From contig CM022679.1 in assembly GCA_012295275.1 (NCBI GenBank), positions 21,700,001 through 21,764,000 on the forward strand: a stretch of DNA of 64,000 bases, written 5' to 3'. Both the position numbers and the translations under genes were made by a program. Of the stretch, positions 44,842 to 60,920 are shown in pieces (the stretch's first letter is position 1; every line of letters begins with the position of its first letter). Below the pieces are notes generated by a model, which had not been told where the DNA came from, did no database searches, and was given only the letters and a program-made list of their open reading frames with translations. The DNA comes from Chrysomallon squamiferum (taxonomy: Eukaryota; Animalia; Mollusca).

Positions 44842-45040
44842 ATGGGTTCGGGACAGTACTGTATGCTGATTTTGATTCTGTTCATTCTCCTCGCCGCGTT
44901 TGGTCTCAATATCGTGGGAATTCTAACCGACAACTGGTCCGAAGTGAAAACGGTGGACGTTAACATGAACACTACGATGAAAAACAACTGGAATTACCAC
45001 TACGGCATGTGGAGGCGTTGTTTTGACACCGTTCCCGAAG
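44842..45040 (+). CDS. Claudin/PMP22-superfamily four-TM protein (TMEM114/TMEM178/GSG1/CACNG-like), coding exon 1 of 4
   Basis: MGSGQYCMLILILFILLAAFGLNIVGILTDNWSEVKTVDVNMNTTMKNNWNYHYGMWRRCFDTVPE: TM1, TDxW and the claudin signature G[LM]WxxC, plus an NTT sequon. Phase-1 donor GAAG|GTAACA at 45041. Confidence 0.9.
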
Positions 45041-46395
45041 GTAACATATTTTATCTTTTTTTCTACATCTTGATAGGGGGGTTTATTTTGCCATGCGTAT
45101 TTGCATCTAGGTTATCCGACAATGGCTCTATCTCCGCGCGGAATTATTAACAATATTATTACACGTCTCTATCATGATTGTGACAACCTCGCTTTGGAAG
45201 TGTGCTTAGCTTTAGTTCTTCGAGAAATCGATACGTGGATGGTTAGTTATCGAGGTCACGGCAACAAAAATGCAGCTTTGCTTGGTAACCGCGAACAATC
45301 AGTTTTCGTCAGTTATTTTATTTCGCAGTCCGCTGTGGTGACATATTATGTAAACGTTACATTTCATGGATTTATTTTATTGCTAATTTTTGAAATTGTT
45401 TTCTCTCGCAACGACTGTCTTATTATTCGACTAGTAGATCGTAGAATTTACAATAATTTATAAATCAAATTCACACACAGAGAGAAAATCACTAATGTTT
45501 TTTTTTTTTTCTTATTTAATTTTAAGCGTTGGTAACGCGTGGTTAATTATTATCGGGGGCGGAAGTATTTAGACGATTCCATTATTTCTGTTATCGATTT
45601 GTCAGAGAGAGACAGATTATTATTTTTGTCTTGAAAATATTGCTTTGTGCAACCGAAAAGATTTAAAAAAAAAAAAAAGGATCAAATATTAAATTTTATA
45701 ACAAGTGAATCACGATCTTTTTTCTTGAAGATGGCAGAATTATTATTATTTATTTATTTATTTTTTTTTTTTCCTGGGCTTCTTTGAGTTCTTGTAACGA
45801 TGTCGAAAAGAGAAGGCACACTTAACTATACGTACAATTATTTAATTATAAATCTTGTCACACATTTAACATTAGATTCAGGCTTTTCCTATTTGACCTA
45901 TAAAAAAATCTGTGACACAGTGGGGTGGGGGGGACCCTTTGTTTAACGGAGGCAGAGGGTTGCTTTGCCCTACATTTTACAGAGATAAAAATACAAGTCA
46001 CAATTTCTCCTTGCATTTCTGTGTTTCACTAGAATTTGAGAGAGCTGTTAACTCAGTGAGTCGAACGCCCATGAACAGATAACAAAAATCTAAAATAAAA
46101 ACATTAAAAAAAAAAAAAACGTGTTTGAAAACACCAGTATATAAAGTGAGATTTTAATACTGTTAGGTGATGAAAGAATGACTGTCTCAGTTGTATGTTT
46201 GATGCATAAATTAGTCATTTTCGCTAAAACGCAGCCCTACTTAGTCATGTAAAATAAATGTGATTATATTATGATTCAATATATACTTACTATACGAGAG
46301 AAGAAAAAAGGCGGAGACGTCACTGAATTAGTATTTAAAATTAATTATCACTAGAAATTAAAACATAATAATGATTATGACAACAACAACAACAC

Positions 46396-46444
<49 letters not shown>

Positions 46445-46879
46445 TTATTACGTCACAGTCTATTTTTCTTCTCTTAGCGGAAATATATCTCTTTATACAT
46501 ACCTTCCCTTAGGCTGGAAAGAGCATACCTTTGACAAGCCAGTTGTGGTGTATTAGGTGAAATGTACTTTATAAAAGAATGCTTAAAGAAGTTTCCTTTT
46601 TCTTAATAAGCAAAAATAGCCCACGGCGACATCTCAATTCTGGTTTCATTGCAGGAAAATAAATTTTAAAATAATCTGGGTTAAGACAAACTGAAAAATT
46701 ACTTCTAGGACTGTACCAGCCAGCTGTGCTGTTATGTTTTACTAGCGCAAAAACATTTGCGGTGGCAGGGAAAATAAATTTGTATTAAAAGCATTATGGG
46801 CTGGCTACATTTCATGTTATACCCAAAGTCCGATATTTAATTTACCCATCTCTGTCAGAACAGTGTGTCTACTTCGAAA

Positions 46880-47018
<139 letters not shown>

Positions 47019-47715
47019 ACAGAATAAATAAATAATTATCAACACCTCTAACATAAAATATTTTAAGCCATCGTAAAACAAACCCGTTATACCTGTTACA
47101 TTAACAGGAAATTGTTGTTTCAGTTCAGACATTCATTTGCATACTGCATTGTTGCAAGCTTACTCGTCGGTGTTAATTTACAAACACATTCATTAGCATT
47201 ACTGTGGCATTATGCCCTGGAGCCTGGTCTCCGTGGGATTGACACTGTTGTAGTTGTAAGTAATACATGTGTTAGGTTTCGTGCGCGCCTGTGTGTGTTT
47301 TCAATAGCATGGTAATGCCATTGAGTTTGTAAGTAATATTAGTAATATTAATAACAAAACGAATTGATATATGAATACTATTTCCTTCCATATAACTGCA
47401 TAATGCTGTAAATTTTGTAAATAATAATATAAATTTAATGAATGATATATGTCTTTTAGTTGCAACCACTGAGTAATACTTTACATGCATGCATACACAC
47501 ATACATACACGCATACACACTCATGCACATACACATACACACACATACATACATACATACATACATACATACATACATACATACATACATACATACATAA
47601 ACAAACACACATACATGCATACATACATACATACAAGCATACATGCATACACATATACTTACACACACATGCATATATACATACACAGACAGGCACATAC
47701 ATACATATACATACA

Positions 47716-47767
<52 letters not shown>

Positions 47768-47829
47768 CACTCACACACAAACATACATGTTTACTTTCCA
47801 CAACCACTCAAGGACATTAAAAGTACCCG

Positions 47830-48295
47830 ATAAAATTTGTAAGTAATATTAATAAATATTTATATTTTCTTTTTTGTAAAACCACTCACTGATTAAGTTG
47901 TATTTATCAGATTGTATAAGTAACATTAATACGTAACTCTTTGTGATTTTTGTAACCACTCATTGATTAGGTTGTATTCAGTAGAATTTAAAGCAATATT
48001 ATTACGTAAGTGTTTGTGATTTTTGTAATTTCTTAACTGAAATTATTCTACTCAGAAAAATATTGTAAGTAGTATTAATACGTAATTGTAATTTTTGTAA
48101 CTGCTTACTGACATTATTATATTAAACATAATTTCTAAGTAATATTAATACGTAAATTTATGCTTTTTGTAACCATTTTCTGACATTACTGTTCTGAACA
48201 AAATAAGTAATATTAATACGTATCTGTTTGTGCCTTTTTGTAACCTCTTACAGACATTGCTGTTCTCAGCACAGTTTGTAAGTAATTTTAACAGT
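47830..48295. repeat. Degenerate ~72-bp minisatellite in intron 1 of the claudin-like gene
   Basis: taagtaatattaatacgta...tttttgtaacc...ctgacatt variants near 47838, 47916, 47990, 48063, 48133, 48203 and 48275. Related units at 47255-47470 are separated by a TACA/CA microsatellite block. Confidence 0.75.
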
Positions 48296-48588
48296 ATTAT
48301 ATGTAGTTACGTGTATCCCGTAGATAGCGTAATGGTTGTCTTTATTATACCCATTGAAATAAGGAAGTATTATTAAATGCATATTTTCCCCTGTAAGCAC
48401 TGAATAGAGCATATTTATATGTATTATTAATATTAATGCATAGCTGTATGCTGTTTATGACCTCTTATTATACCTAATACTTTAAGTGCTATCCAATTCA
48501 ATACTTTGAATAAGCACTCGATATAGTGCAATGGTAAACTCTATTCTACCTAATCAAAATTTCTAACGTTTATAAATTCAGAACGTTG

Positions 48589-48632
<44 letters not shown>

Positions 48633-51600
48633 TTGTATTAATATTATATATGTGTGTGTGTGTGTGTGAGTGTGTGTGTGTGTGTATGTTTGTGTAGTTA
48701 GCTCTACGTACTGAATTTATAATTGTATATATACATATATATATTTTTTTTTAATATATAATCACTCTACAGCTATGTCATCAATTGGTTGACATTTTGT
48801 TTGGGAAGTAAAGGTTTAACTTTACCGTTCTGACTGGAACAGTTAACAGATGATAACAGAACGACTCAGCGGCTCTTTGCTCTCCATTAATAATCTAACT
48901 TATCTAACTTTCAATAGAGAATGGATGAAGACTTCCTGACACTGTGACTAAAATTCAGTTTCTTCGTAATTAGCCTGTTATAACAACCTTGACGACTTTT
49001 GTTTCTCATTTCGTGTCTGATCATTTTCATATACATGTCTCCATGATGTTGTAATAGTAAATTTCGTATGTGTTATTTCTACTTAAATGATACATGTTTG
49101 CCTCTTGAATCTCAGACGTTAAAAATACAAAGACTATATGCGTACATGGTATGTTTATAATAGTTAGAAATGTTTCTGAATTTCTAAATTTCAAAATCTT
49201 TAAATTCGTTTCTTTCCAGTGAGTTTGATAGTGGTGTATCTGAGGTAATATGTCCCTGTTTATGAGAAGGTATACATTAAATATCCTATGCTGTAAATCG
49301 ATAAGAATAACTACTAAGTGTTTGCCACCCAGTAATACAATTAAAATATACTTTCTTTCTGTTTTATATAATTAAATAGTAAAGGATAAAGAATAAATAT
49401 AAGAACGCTAAACATAAAATAAAATAAATTATTCCCATTTTGACATGTTCGATGAACAGTTTAAGGTATTTTATTGATTACTATCTGTACTCACGACATG
49501 ATCTTTAAAAAACAACAACAACTAAAACGTGACGTCTATCGAGTAGAAATTACATCTAGAATACGAACGCTTTGTTGTTTTTCTGATTTTCTTTACGTAG
49601 AATGTTTAATATTACTAACAAATGCCGAATCGACGAGACATGTATTTATTTTGGTGTAGTACTTTCTTTTTTTTAATTCTTTTTATTCTTTTCGTGCGTG
49701 TATTTTATAACGTGTATTTTATAACGTCTTCGAATATGTCAAGGTGACACGCTTTCTCTTTCCTTATTACACAAATACAAGATACATCAGGAAGTATGTT
49801 AACGGTTATTTACTTGGGTAAGTTGAGAATGTTACATATAATGAATTATATTATTTTTCATTTAGCAGCTCGTTCGTGTAAGGCTTGGAAATAAGAATCC
49901 TCGTTACAATGAGAAGGGGCGTGGTTTAGCAACACACCTTTTTATTTAACGTAATTGTAGAACATTCTGGTAGCTCGTCGGATTTGTTTGAGAATTCTTT
50001 GCATGCTAATCAGAGCATGATCTTGAATAGGAAATACCACTGAAAACACCGTACTGAACATACATCTTGTTCACCCAACACTCGGGTTAAAAAAATTAGA
50101 GAAAAAGAAGAAGAAGAAGAAAAAGGAAGTACAGTTGACATTTCTCAAATAAATATCTATGAATGGAAGCAGTCAACAGTATTTGATCCCTGTGCTGTGA
50201 TATGTATGTAATATGGATAGATGAGTGTTAGTGTGTGAGTAAGGGTGAGAAATGACAGCACACACACACAGACACACAAATTAATCACGTTACAACTATA
50301 GATTTTTTAGCTCATGGCTATCATACAAAAATGTAACTGTTACTAATGACATAACAACAACAACAAAAAAAATATGTAAAAAAGGTTTTCTTACTGTTAC
50401 TAAAGGAACATTAGTATTAGACTCCAGAGTAAATATTTTAATTTACCTGCTTTATGGATTAAATTAAATGTTTGTGTAATTAACGACACGGTTATTTTAG
50501 GGCAGTGGCGCCATCTTATTAGTCATGTGCAGTTTTCACTGCAGTTTAAAGACATCAGAGAAACAAGGCTAATTACACAGACTTGTAATGTTAGTGTTAT
50601 CAAGTGTTTAAAGTATACCTGTTTACAAATCTGAATGTGTTTAGTGTAATTCGAATTCATTTTTTTATTTTATTTTATTTTATTCTATTTTATTTTATTA
50701 AGAGAAATATATATATTACTAGTAATAACAAATGCGCATGTAAACCAAAGATACTGCGATATCACTTCATAAAGATAAATATAGCTACACAAACAAAAGA
50801 AAGATAGAAAACACCTTTAATAAGCTGCCTTCCAAAACAAAATTTAGTGATTTTATTCTCGAAAAAATAAACTTAAATTACTCAAATAAAATGTGTTTTG
50901 TATTGACTAGGGCTGTCAAAAAACATCATCATGATCGTAATCAACAACAACTGCAACAACAACAATTTAACAACTTCAGGTTGTGAAGACCAAAATAATC
51001 AAATTATTTTTTATTGTACATTTTTATTTACTGTTTTATGTTAGCCATAGATTTCGGGCCTCTAAGTATAACTTTGTAAAATGGATCTTTCCTGTAATGT
51101 CATTCTACATACCGAAGATGGATAAAGCTTACTTAGCTTGATGGGATTTGAAACATAGTATTAAGTTTCCCCAAAGATATTTATCTCATTCAGAAATAAC
51201 ATTTTTTTATTTTTTTAAATTGATTATAAAATTCGGGTATGTTTTAAAGAGCTTGAGAGGAGTTAACAGGTAGTAACCAGTGCACTCCTAAATATTCTTA
51301 AAATGTGTCACTGTTTATGAGAGTGATGACTGTTCATTTCTTTGTTATGAAAATTGTTCCCAAATTACGTTAACGCCCTCCATTTCTGAAATACTGAAGC
51401 TCGTTGAATAACGACTTTTAAAACTGGAGTGTGTGCTTCTGCGTATAAAAAACCCATTAATGGGCGATACCATGTCGTGCACTGAATGTGATATGCAAAT
51501 TGGAATTATCAAATCTTTAACGTGCGATAGCTGAAAACTGAAAATGCGTCAACGTAGTTGGCTCGTAATCGTAGGATATGTTTAGCTGTTTATAGCAGTT

Positions 51601-53153
51601 GCACATCTTCATTATACACTCAGTATAGCCAACTTTATGTTTCAGTCGATTTTTGTTAATGTTAGAAAAATAAAACTATTTTAGTCACTCTTTAGTCTCA
51701 AGAAGATTTAGGGATTGGCTTTATTTATGAACCTACGACGTCATAGAATCAACAAAACAGACGACACATTTAGACTTCATTGCATTTTTTGTTGTTTATC
51801 GTAAAATTTAATGTCTTTTAACGAAGTTGAAACGGAATCTCAAGGAAGAAAAAAAAAAAAAATGAGACAGAAGTAAAACAAGAATTGTCCATTTAAGAAA
51901 ATGATTTTTGATTACAGACTCAGATTTATTTTTTTCTAATCAAAGCCCAGACCGTCTGAGATTACGTAATCATTACAGGAAACGTCATATTGCGTCACCG
52001 CCCACATCACTTTTCACTCGTTAACAAGTAATCGCTCGCGGGCCTGACCCGAACAAAGACTCGAGTGTTTTCTGTTGCGTCCATTGTATCTCTCTGAACA
52101 CGCACAGCCGGCGTATCGGCGTATCATAATATCAAATGGGAATTAGTTTTACTCTGCACCTACTTTGTGCTAGCAATAATTAAGACCCTCTTTGACATGT
52201 TATCTTTATCCAGATAGCTCTCGAGACCCATCGGCTATCGATTTGCGCCGAAATGCGGTGTCTGCGGTAATGTAATTCTCTCCCAGTGTCCGACGCTCCG
52301 CGGTTTAGACATGCGCCATCTAATTTACGAATTCGATGCTTGTGTCGATCACCGGCGCGGTCCCATTGTAATGGAACGTTGATTCAACCGATTGTGAGCG
52401 GGTGAAACTTGTTCCTGTGTTAGCTTACAATTTCGGTGAATTGCTGGTAAACGGGTGATCTCGTTTGATTAGTTCTGGACTTCTGATCTGAATGCTCGGA
52501 CGATTTTTCACGATTTATTTCGTCTGTTGTGAGTAATGTGCTTCAAAATCGAATGGTCACTTGCAATTGTTAGCAGTAGTGATGGCATACAACGACGGCT
52601 GCATCGGTGGTAACGTCGTATATAGATTTAACTTCGTGACTGTTTTGTTCTTGTTGTTTTAAAGATTTTTTTAAAATTATTATTCTTGTTAGGAGCTGCT
52701 TTTATTCATCATTTTGTCTTATCTTTATTTCTGATGCAAAAATCCTGAAATGGATTTCTAATTTAATGAGTTCACTGAGTTTAATTTTATCTAACAGTAC
52801 CTGCGATATGAGGTGAATCACCAAACCACATAAAACGCATTCCGGTAAAGAGTTCATTTGAATTTCACTTGGATCTATAAAAAGTTAAACTATTTCATTG
52901 CTAAATCAGCCCGTCTTAAGACAGCCGTTACCTGACTAGTTAATATAAATGAAGTATTTTGACCTTGCAGGTGTTCGAGGCCTCGAGTAATGGCATTTGA
53001 CAGAATACATTACAGTTTGCCCTACCCAACTGAATTTGATATATAGATATTTCTACTCTGTATTACACAGTTTAAGTCTCGAATAACGATTGATGCTAAT
53101 TACTTACGTATTCATTCTGATTTTGTTTTATTGAAATTAATTAATGAACAGAC

Positions 53154-53355
<202 letters not shown>

Positions 53356-54570
53356 CGTGAATGTGCGCGCGTGTGTATATGTCTGAAACATTTAATTCTA
53401 TATATGTGTGTATTAACTTAGTGTCTACGTGTTACAAATTTCAACTGAATATTTTTCCTTATAAGAAAATCCTGTTGACCAGTTTAATCACACATACTGC
53501 ACAGTCTTCAACCCATCTTTGACAGTTTGATTCCAAACGTAGATAAAATATTCGTGACGGAGAGAACGCAATGCAGGTCAGAAGAAAATGAAGAAGAAGA
53601 AGAAGAAGAAGGAGAAGATACGCGAAACGAAACTTCTTTCCTGATTGGACATCGTCTGGCATCGACCCACAGAAACTTAATTAGAGCCAGGTGCCTCTCG
53701 TGACTATGCCATTATCTCTGACTATTACTGCGGGCTCGAGATCGCGTGCCGTGGCCTGACATCACGACTCTGACCTTGACCGGCTGCCATGATGCGCGTC
53801 GTGACCTCGGTGACGTAGGATTAGCAGAAATGCCAGACAGAAATCTTGAAAGAACTTCGGCAATCAGAAAATTAAACCATTGTATATTGAAGAATGAAAA
53901 AGGAGCTTGGCATTTCAAGCGTTTAAGCGGTTTTTACATCAATAGGATGCGTTAACAATGAGGAAAGAAAAGAAGTGATATTATTTTGGACTTAATAAAA
54001 AAAAATTAAAAAAAAAAAATAAGAAAAAATGTTGGGCTGGGAAATCGTTATTGATTACGTTGTAATCACAAAATTGTAATATTGGAGAAAGCTAAGTTTT
54101 TGGAAAGCTTTAACGATTAAACACAAAACAGAAATGTTAATATTAAGAAAACAAATAAAAATATAATAAGTAAAAAATAAATATAGGAGGCATTTAGGTA
54201 CATGAAATCATTTAGAACATGTTAAACATCACAAAATCGATCATTGTAGTTTCAGCGAACTTTAACAATTTGCGGTTTCTATAAGTAGGCTAATAAAAAA
54301 GGTAACGAATAAATTTATAATAATCATATAATACTGCATCAGGGATTTGTTGATTTCAGCATGAAACACTTGTTAACTGCAGAAATAAGTGTTCTCAAGT
54401 GTTTACTGACGGTTAGTGCCGTTATGAGTCTGCGCGTGTGATACTTAGTCATTCTAAAACTAAACAGTGAGTTTTAGAGATCTCGCATATAACGATACTT
54501 TTCTGTTGTGTTCTCTATGAATCTAAAACTATTAATTTAACTAGGACATTTTTAGTTTTTTTTTTTTTTT

Positions 54571-54602
<32 letters not shown>

Positions 54603-56765
54603 TGTCTTTTATTTTGATTTCAGCAACACATAACTGTAGATGGTGTTGATTTTTGTTTTTTTTTGATCACATGACTGACTCGTTGAAGAAAACGTCAGTA
54701 TTTCTTCCAGAAGGTTACGCCTTGAACAACACACATGTCTTTAGATCATATTCCACATCACCAAGTCAGAATTTGTGTCATGCTCTGTCCTCACTGAAAT
54801 TCAATACAGCTAGTTTTATCATATCGCGTAGATCAGGAAGTGGTAGTCAGCAGACCTTCCAGTCATGTTCTGAAATCTTACACCGCAGTCTGTTTTAACT
54901 TTAAATAAAAATGTCGTGAGAACAAATCTGCGTTTTATCTGATCATTACAACGTAGATTTTCATCTTGAAACATTTATCTTTTAAAATATATGAATTAAA
55001 AACAAAACGAACAACAACAAAAACCACAAAACTGGAACAAAAAAAAAAAAAAAAAAAAACCACCAACAAACAAATGAAACAAACAAAAAAATAAAGTCTT
55101 GTAGATATCTACAATCCATTCTTGTATCCAGATATCGATTTATAATATTGATGAAAAACATTCGTTATTTTTAACTGTTAGATTAAACTGATTATAATCT
55201 GGAACATCCAAAATAATCTCGTCATTAAAATATTCAGTTTTTCTTTTGCAACCTGTCCTTTATTTCATGACATAGCATGTTCTTAGTTACCACAGCAACA
55301 GCTTGGTTTCCGTGGCAGCAAGGTTTAAAATATTTTCGTTAGGATTATACATAGAATATTAATAACAAGATTTAAATACACAATATCAGATGTCATTTGA
55401 CTGGACTTTGATCTCATGTTGTCGTTGGTGTAGCGAATCTTAAAAAAGTCGTCGTCACCAACATAATGAAGGTCACAACAGTATTTTACTAATTGTATCA
55501 TTTTGTTTCTGCATTTCTGAAATTTAAGCATGCAGATAAAACGAAGGGAATGAGATAATGTATATTTTGGTTATAAAACTGATCAACAGTTAAAAATAGC
55601 TGCACATATATCAGTTGTAAGTGCTTCTAAAAACACTGAGCAGTACTACAACAACCACAACAAAATAACCAACAACAACTGTACAATAATGTCTACAGAG
55701 AACAACAATAATGTGTTTATGTATGTGAATACAAGTATTAAACGGTTGAAAGGCGACAAAACTACAATGACACCGTTTTGTGACACGTACTTAGTTAGTA
55801 TAATACTACACCCTTAACATAACACACGTTTAACATATTGTTTGCTTGTAAAAGGATTCATTTTATAAAACATTGTCGCTGAAAAAATCTTTAGTCTTTC
55901 CCCGCGTATACAGACTTACATAAACAATTTTAAAAAATGTTTTGGCTTTTAGTTTTATCTAGAACCAATGCAGATATTTGTTCCAGTTGTTTTCGTTGTT
56001 GTTCATTGTGTGTCTTAACAGATCTTCATAATCTCTGAACCCTTCTCAAAAAGAATGAAGAAAAATAAAAATAAAATGATCAAAACAGATCAAATAACAG
56101 CACTTGCTCAAGTGTCAGCTACCTCTATGAATTTTTATTTTTATTTATATTTTTTTCTCATCATATAGTGTGTAGTAGACTCTAAGATCAATACCCATAC
56201 AGTGCATTCGTAGAAATATTTACCATTCTAACCATTTCTCAAAACATGTTCATTAAAATGTTCTTTGTGTCTGTGGGAAGGCAGAGAAAAAAGATCGTTT
56301 GCTGCTAGTCTAAAAATAGTAATAATTCTAACCAGTGACTGATCTTCGGGTTTCCTCACTCAATTATTTGTTTACGGTTGATAAGTATGAGGTCATATAA
56401 TGATAGGCTAACATGCACTGTTAATTATGACATTTTTTTTCCCTTTCATACAGCGTGGGAATAAATGACCCCAAAGAGGGATAAACTGTAAACAGAATGA
56501 CAGAAACAAGAGCAGATCATTCTGATATTAAAATTACACTTAACGGCGTTAACGTGACTCACTGTAAGTCGGACATAATCATTAAATGACGAAATCGTCC
56601 TGGCCGAGTTTTTTGTTACAGAGAAAGAAATCCCAGGTTTAACATGTCAACAAATTTCGCTTCCAAGTTTAACAAACGTGCGCAGTAAATGGAGGAATTT
56701 ATCACATAACCACTAGCAGCGTTATCGATTGGTCTTTCTTCCTTATTCTTTTCTTCTTTTTCTTT

Positions 56766-56808
<43 letters not shown>

Positions 56809-57540
56809 CGTAATTTATTATTATTATTATTATTTGCTTTTTTTTTTTTTTTTCTTTTCTTTTCTTTTCTTTCTAACATTCAGACTGGTTATTTTAACCG
56901 AGTGATTTTTTGTCGTTTCGTAGAAAAGTGACGGAAATTGCCGAGATTTCAGCCAATCACGCGCATTGTACTTTCTAAACGATAGAATTACATATGAAAA
57001 CGACCTGGAGCGAAGTTGAAGCCATTTAGGAAATGCGCGAAATTCTTTCGTACTGATTGCTATTGAAACACAGAGTCAGAGCGCTCGAGCTGATACAAAA
57101 ATGGGATTTCAATTGGTGTAGATAATTCTTTGACGTCGTGCTTGTATCGTTGTCCGAGTGGGAGAGTGCGGTACTAATGCTATGTTTCGGCTGACTGCGG
57201 CCATTGAGAACAAACTTCTTTTTGAAAAAAATAAAATCGAATTGGGGTTGTCTTCCACCAAATAATTTACCATTAGCCATAATGTTAACCAAATCTTTTA
57301 TGAAAATAATGAACTGAAGACGAATATAATTATATCTTTTCTAACCAAGACATTAAAAAAAAGTCATTCTTTATGCAGCCTATGACTCTGAATCATAACT
57401 CTTTTGTGAACCCTGTCTGTCTGTGTATTTATCTGCATATTTCATTCGTTAATTAAAAAACAAGGAAAAATGAAAAAAGAAAAGAACCAGTTAAAGACTT
57501 GCTATTAGACTGATTAACAAAATTTCTATTTGATTGTGAT

Positions 57541-57651
<111 letters not shown>

Positions 57652-58061
57652 TTTCAACTATTAAACGATTAATATAATATTACACGCACATGTTTAATAT
57701 AATACCACACCCTTTGTCATACGATATCCGTCTGTCTGTATTCTTTTAAACCAATAAGCTTTTTATTACTACAGTTACATTTTCGATTAACGGAACCTTT
57801 GTCTGTACGTTCACTTTCTTATTCCTTTTCTTTTTTGTTTATAATTATATCAACCCATTATCTGTCTGTCTGTCTGTCTGTCAGTGAGTGTCTCTCTCTC
57901 TCTCTGTCTGTTTTATACGGCTAGAAATTCATTTTCTTTTGCTACAGTTATCATTTTAGATTATTGAAGCATTTGTGTATTTACATTCAGCCCGATTATC
58001 GATTGCATTCATTTGCTGCAGCAAGATTATCGAGTAATTGACAATTCGTTTCTCTCTGCAG

Positions 58062-58163
58062 ACGCACCTCAAGAAAGGCGGTCTGGAAACTGCATAACCA
58101 CTTACCAAGATCTGATCAAGAAGAACGAAGATAAATTGCCAAACGACGATGTCATTCGTCTAC
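58062..58163 (+). CDS. Claudin-superfamily gene, coding exon 2 (second half of extracellular loop 1)
   Basis: Acceptor tttctctctgcAG ends at 58061; donor C|GTAAGT at 58164. The exon is 102 nt, phase 1/1, and encodes DAPQERRSGNCITTYQDLIKKNEDKLPNDDVIRL, supplying the second conserved ECL1 cysteine. Confidence 0.85.
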
Positions 58164-58338
58164 GTAAGTGTTTCATCACTGTCCTGCAATCTCGTCGTTA
58201 ATGTACAAGTCTGGACGTGGTCGTGTGTTTCAATGCTGACCACTTAGTAAAAACCTTTCACTGTTAGTTTTAATACTGGTCATCTTGCACGGTTGAAATG
58301 ACCTCCAGAATCAGCAAGAAAACCATCAGTGAATCTAC

Positions 58339-58401
<63 letters not shown>

Positions 58402-59327
58402 AATCACAATCGACAGTATTTTCAACTCCATCAGCAAGACCATTAACATCATCATTTTGATCATTAAGATGATCTATATCAGTAAAACTCATCGTTACCA
58501 TAAATATGACCATATCTAACAATTATCATCATCATCATCCCCTTCACTGTGACAAGTTCTAAAACACCAAGACGACCAACACAGTTAATACTGACATATT
58601 TTTTACAAAGACAAACAACGTCATTTCTTTCGTCACCATCATCATAGTTACAACAACGACAGCATTTACGAAATGATTATCGGTTGAAATTCAAAATCCA
58701 CTAACACCACCCAACACCGTCCTCATATTTTTCATGACCAGTCTAACTGCTACTGGCACTAATTACATCATCATCATTGTCATACGTCATCAGTAAGGAG
58801 CAATAATAACAACATCATCATTGAAATAAGTCCATTAATGCATACAAGCATATACACGAATACATGTAGGCACACATACGCACGTATGCTCTCACAGAAA
58901 CACAACACAACACACATACACACACAGACACACATCGAACATCCTACAACAATGTCCCACAAGTAAACATACAAAATAGTAACAACAAACAAATGGTAAT
59001 TAGCACACAAACAACAAAACAAACAAAATTAAATTAAAAAACAAAAAAACAACAACAAAAAAACACAAAAAAACAACCCAGCAAAACAATACAAATACAC
59101 CAGAAAACAGAAACGACTTCAAAAAAAAAAAAATTAAATATACAAAACCTAAGATATTTAACATTGTCATAATAAATATCTATTTATAAACTTAAAACAA
59201 CCTATTTCTTCTTATCATTAACAACAATTACCTGTTTATCTAACCTAACATCTACTAATAATGATGCTACTTTTCACTGAACTATTTCACAGTATACAAT
59301 AATTTATCAACAAACTTTTCCTGACAG

Positions 59328-59483
59328 ATGTTTCACGAGCGCACGTCGCTTTCGCTATCGTGTGTGGCGCTGCAGAGTTGTCTACCCTTCTCGTTCTGCT
59401 GTGTGGGATGTGGCCTGGCAGCTGTCGGCGCGTGCTGAAGGCGGGTCTCTACCTGACAGCGTCCCTCCTCCTCTTCTTTGCAA
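59328..59483 (+). CDS. Claudin-superfamily gene, coding exon 3 (TM2, intracellular loop, start of TM3); not in the ORF track
   Basis: Acceptor cttttcctgacAG ends at 59327; donor A|GTAAGT at 59484. The exon is 156 nt, phase 1/1, and encodes HVSRAHVAFAIVCGAAELSTLLVLLCGMWPGSCRRVLKAGLYLTASLLLFFA, in frame with both neighbouring exons. Confidence 0.88.
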
Positions 59484-59618
59484 GTAAGTGCTTCGTTTTG
59501 TTTTAATGTACATAGTTATATACTTGTGTGCTATGTATTCGAGTATCAGTGCGTGTGCATGTGCGTGTGAACGATGTTTTCTCATTGCAAGTTACTGCTG
59601 TATTGCAAGTTATATATG

Positions 59619-59662
<44 letters not shown>

Positions 59663-59935
59663 AATATATAAATATATACACATGCAATGTGTGTTTATAC
59701 ATATAAGTATGTGTGTGTATAAATAAATATATGTATGTATGTGTGTGTGTGTGTGTGTGTGTATGTGTTGGTATGTGTGTATATATATATATATATATTA
59801 TGTATGTATGTGTATGTGTATGTGTATCTGTATCTGTACGTGTATGTATGTATATGTATATGTAAATATATATAGGTGTTGTTGTTGTTGCTGTTTTGTT
59901 GTTATTTATTTATTTTATTATTTTATTTATTTCAG

Positions 59936-60168
59936 GCATGTGTGGTATTACCAGCGGCATTTGTTTTATTGCACTGAGAGATCTCGACCAATCGTATCCC
60001 ACCATTTACCCCGAGCACGTGACCTCAGATTACGGATGGTCGTTCATGATTCACTGGATTGGAACGGGTCTGTGTTTGGTCGACAGTTTTATTCTTTTGT
60101 GTTTGCTCAGGAAAACGTATGATGACGTCACGGAATTAGGAGCCTATACCACATACTACAATATATAG
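59936..60168 (+). CDS. Claudin-superfamily gene, terminal coding exon 4 (end of TM3, ECL2, TM4, short tail)
   Basis: Acceptor tttatttcAG ends at 59935. Encodes SMCGITSGICFIALRDLDQSYPTIYPEHVTSDYGWSFMIHWIGTGLCLVDSFILLCLLRKTYDDVTELGAYTTYYNI* with the family motif YGWSF before TM4. Joined CDS is 199+102+156+233 = 690 nt (229 aa), with no internal stops. Confidence 0.92.
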
Positions 60169-60876
60169 ATATTTAAGGCAGCAAATATTTGATGAAAACA
60201 AAGTTGCATTAAAAAGGACATTTACGGTAGCGAATATTCGATGTAAATGGCCTTCTTTTATTTTTATTTTATGAAACAACATACAATAAATAAATAAAAA
60301 ATTTAAAATAGATAATTCAGTATAGGTGAAAACAAACAAACAAACAAATAAATAAAATAAACAAATAATTTAGAAAAATCGACGAAATTAAAAGAAATAA
60401 GAATATACTAGAAATAAAAATAATAAATAAAAAAATAAACAAATAAATAAATAAATAAATAAAATAAATATGAACCATAACTCACTATTTTAAAATAATT
60501 TATAATAACTTTGCTTTAGCTGCAGATGAAAATTTAAAAAACAATTTATTGTCACGATCTGAAGTCCTAAATTCTGCACAGTAATAAAATTTGTCTATCA
60601 TATAAGATCATAAAACATCATCATCATCATCATCATCTTCATCATCATCTGTATCAACAGCATCTTTATTTTTTCTGATCTATTTGAATCCGCTTGTGTT
60701 TTATTAATACAATAAAATTAATACGGCATTTGTTACTAGAGACGTTATATTATTATTAATAGTATATTGTTAAAAAACAACAGCAAATATCCCCATTATA
60801 TATATCCCCATACTATAAACATATACCGTACACAATTTCAAAATGACTTTTACCAATAGTATGTAGTGCATTTTCA

Positions 60877-60920
<44 letters not shown>

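Noticed and set aside
45041-45463. ORF continuation past exon 1 (GNIFYLFF...) and ORF 45101-45463
   Set aside because: Intronic read-through beyond the donor at 45041; the family sequence continues at 58062.
60285-60716. Polyadenylation signal for the claudin-like gene
   Set aside because: AATAAA occurs many times in this A-rich region (e.g. 60285, 60711), so no single site can be chosen from sequence alone.
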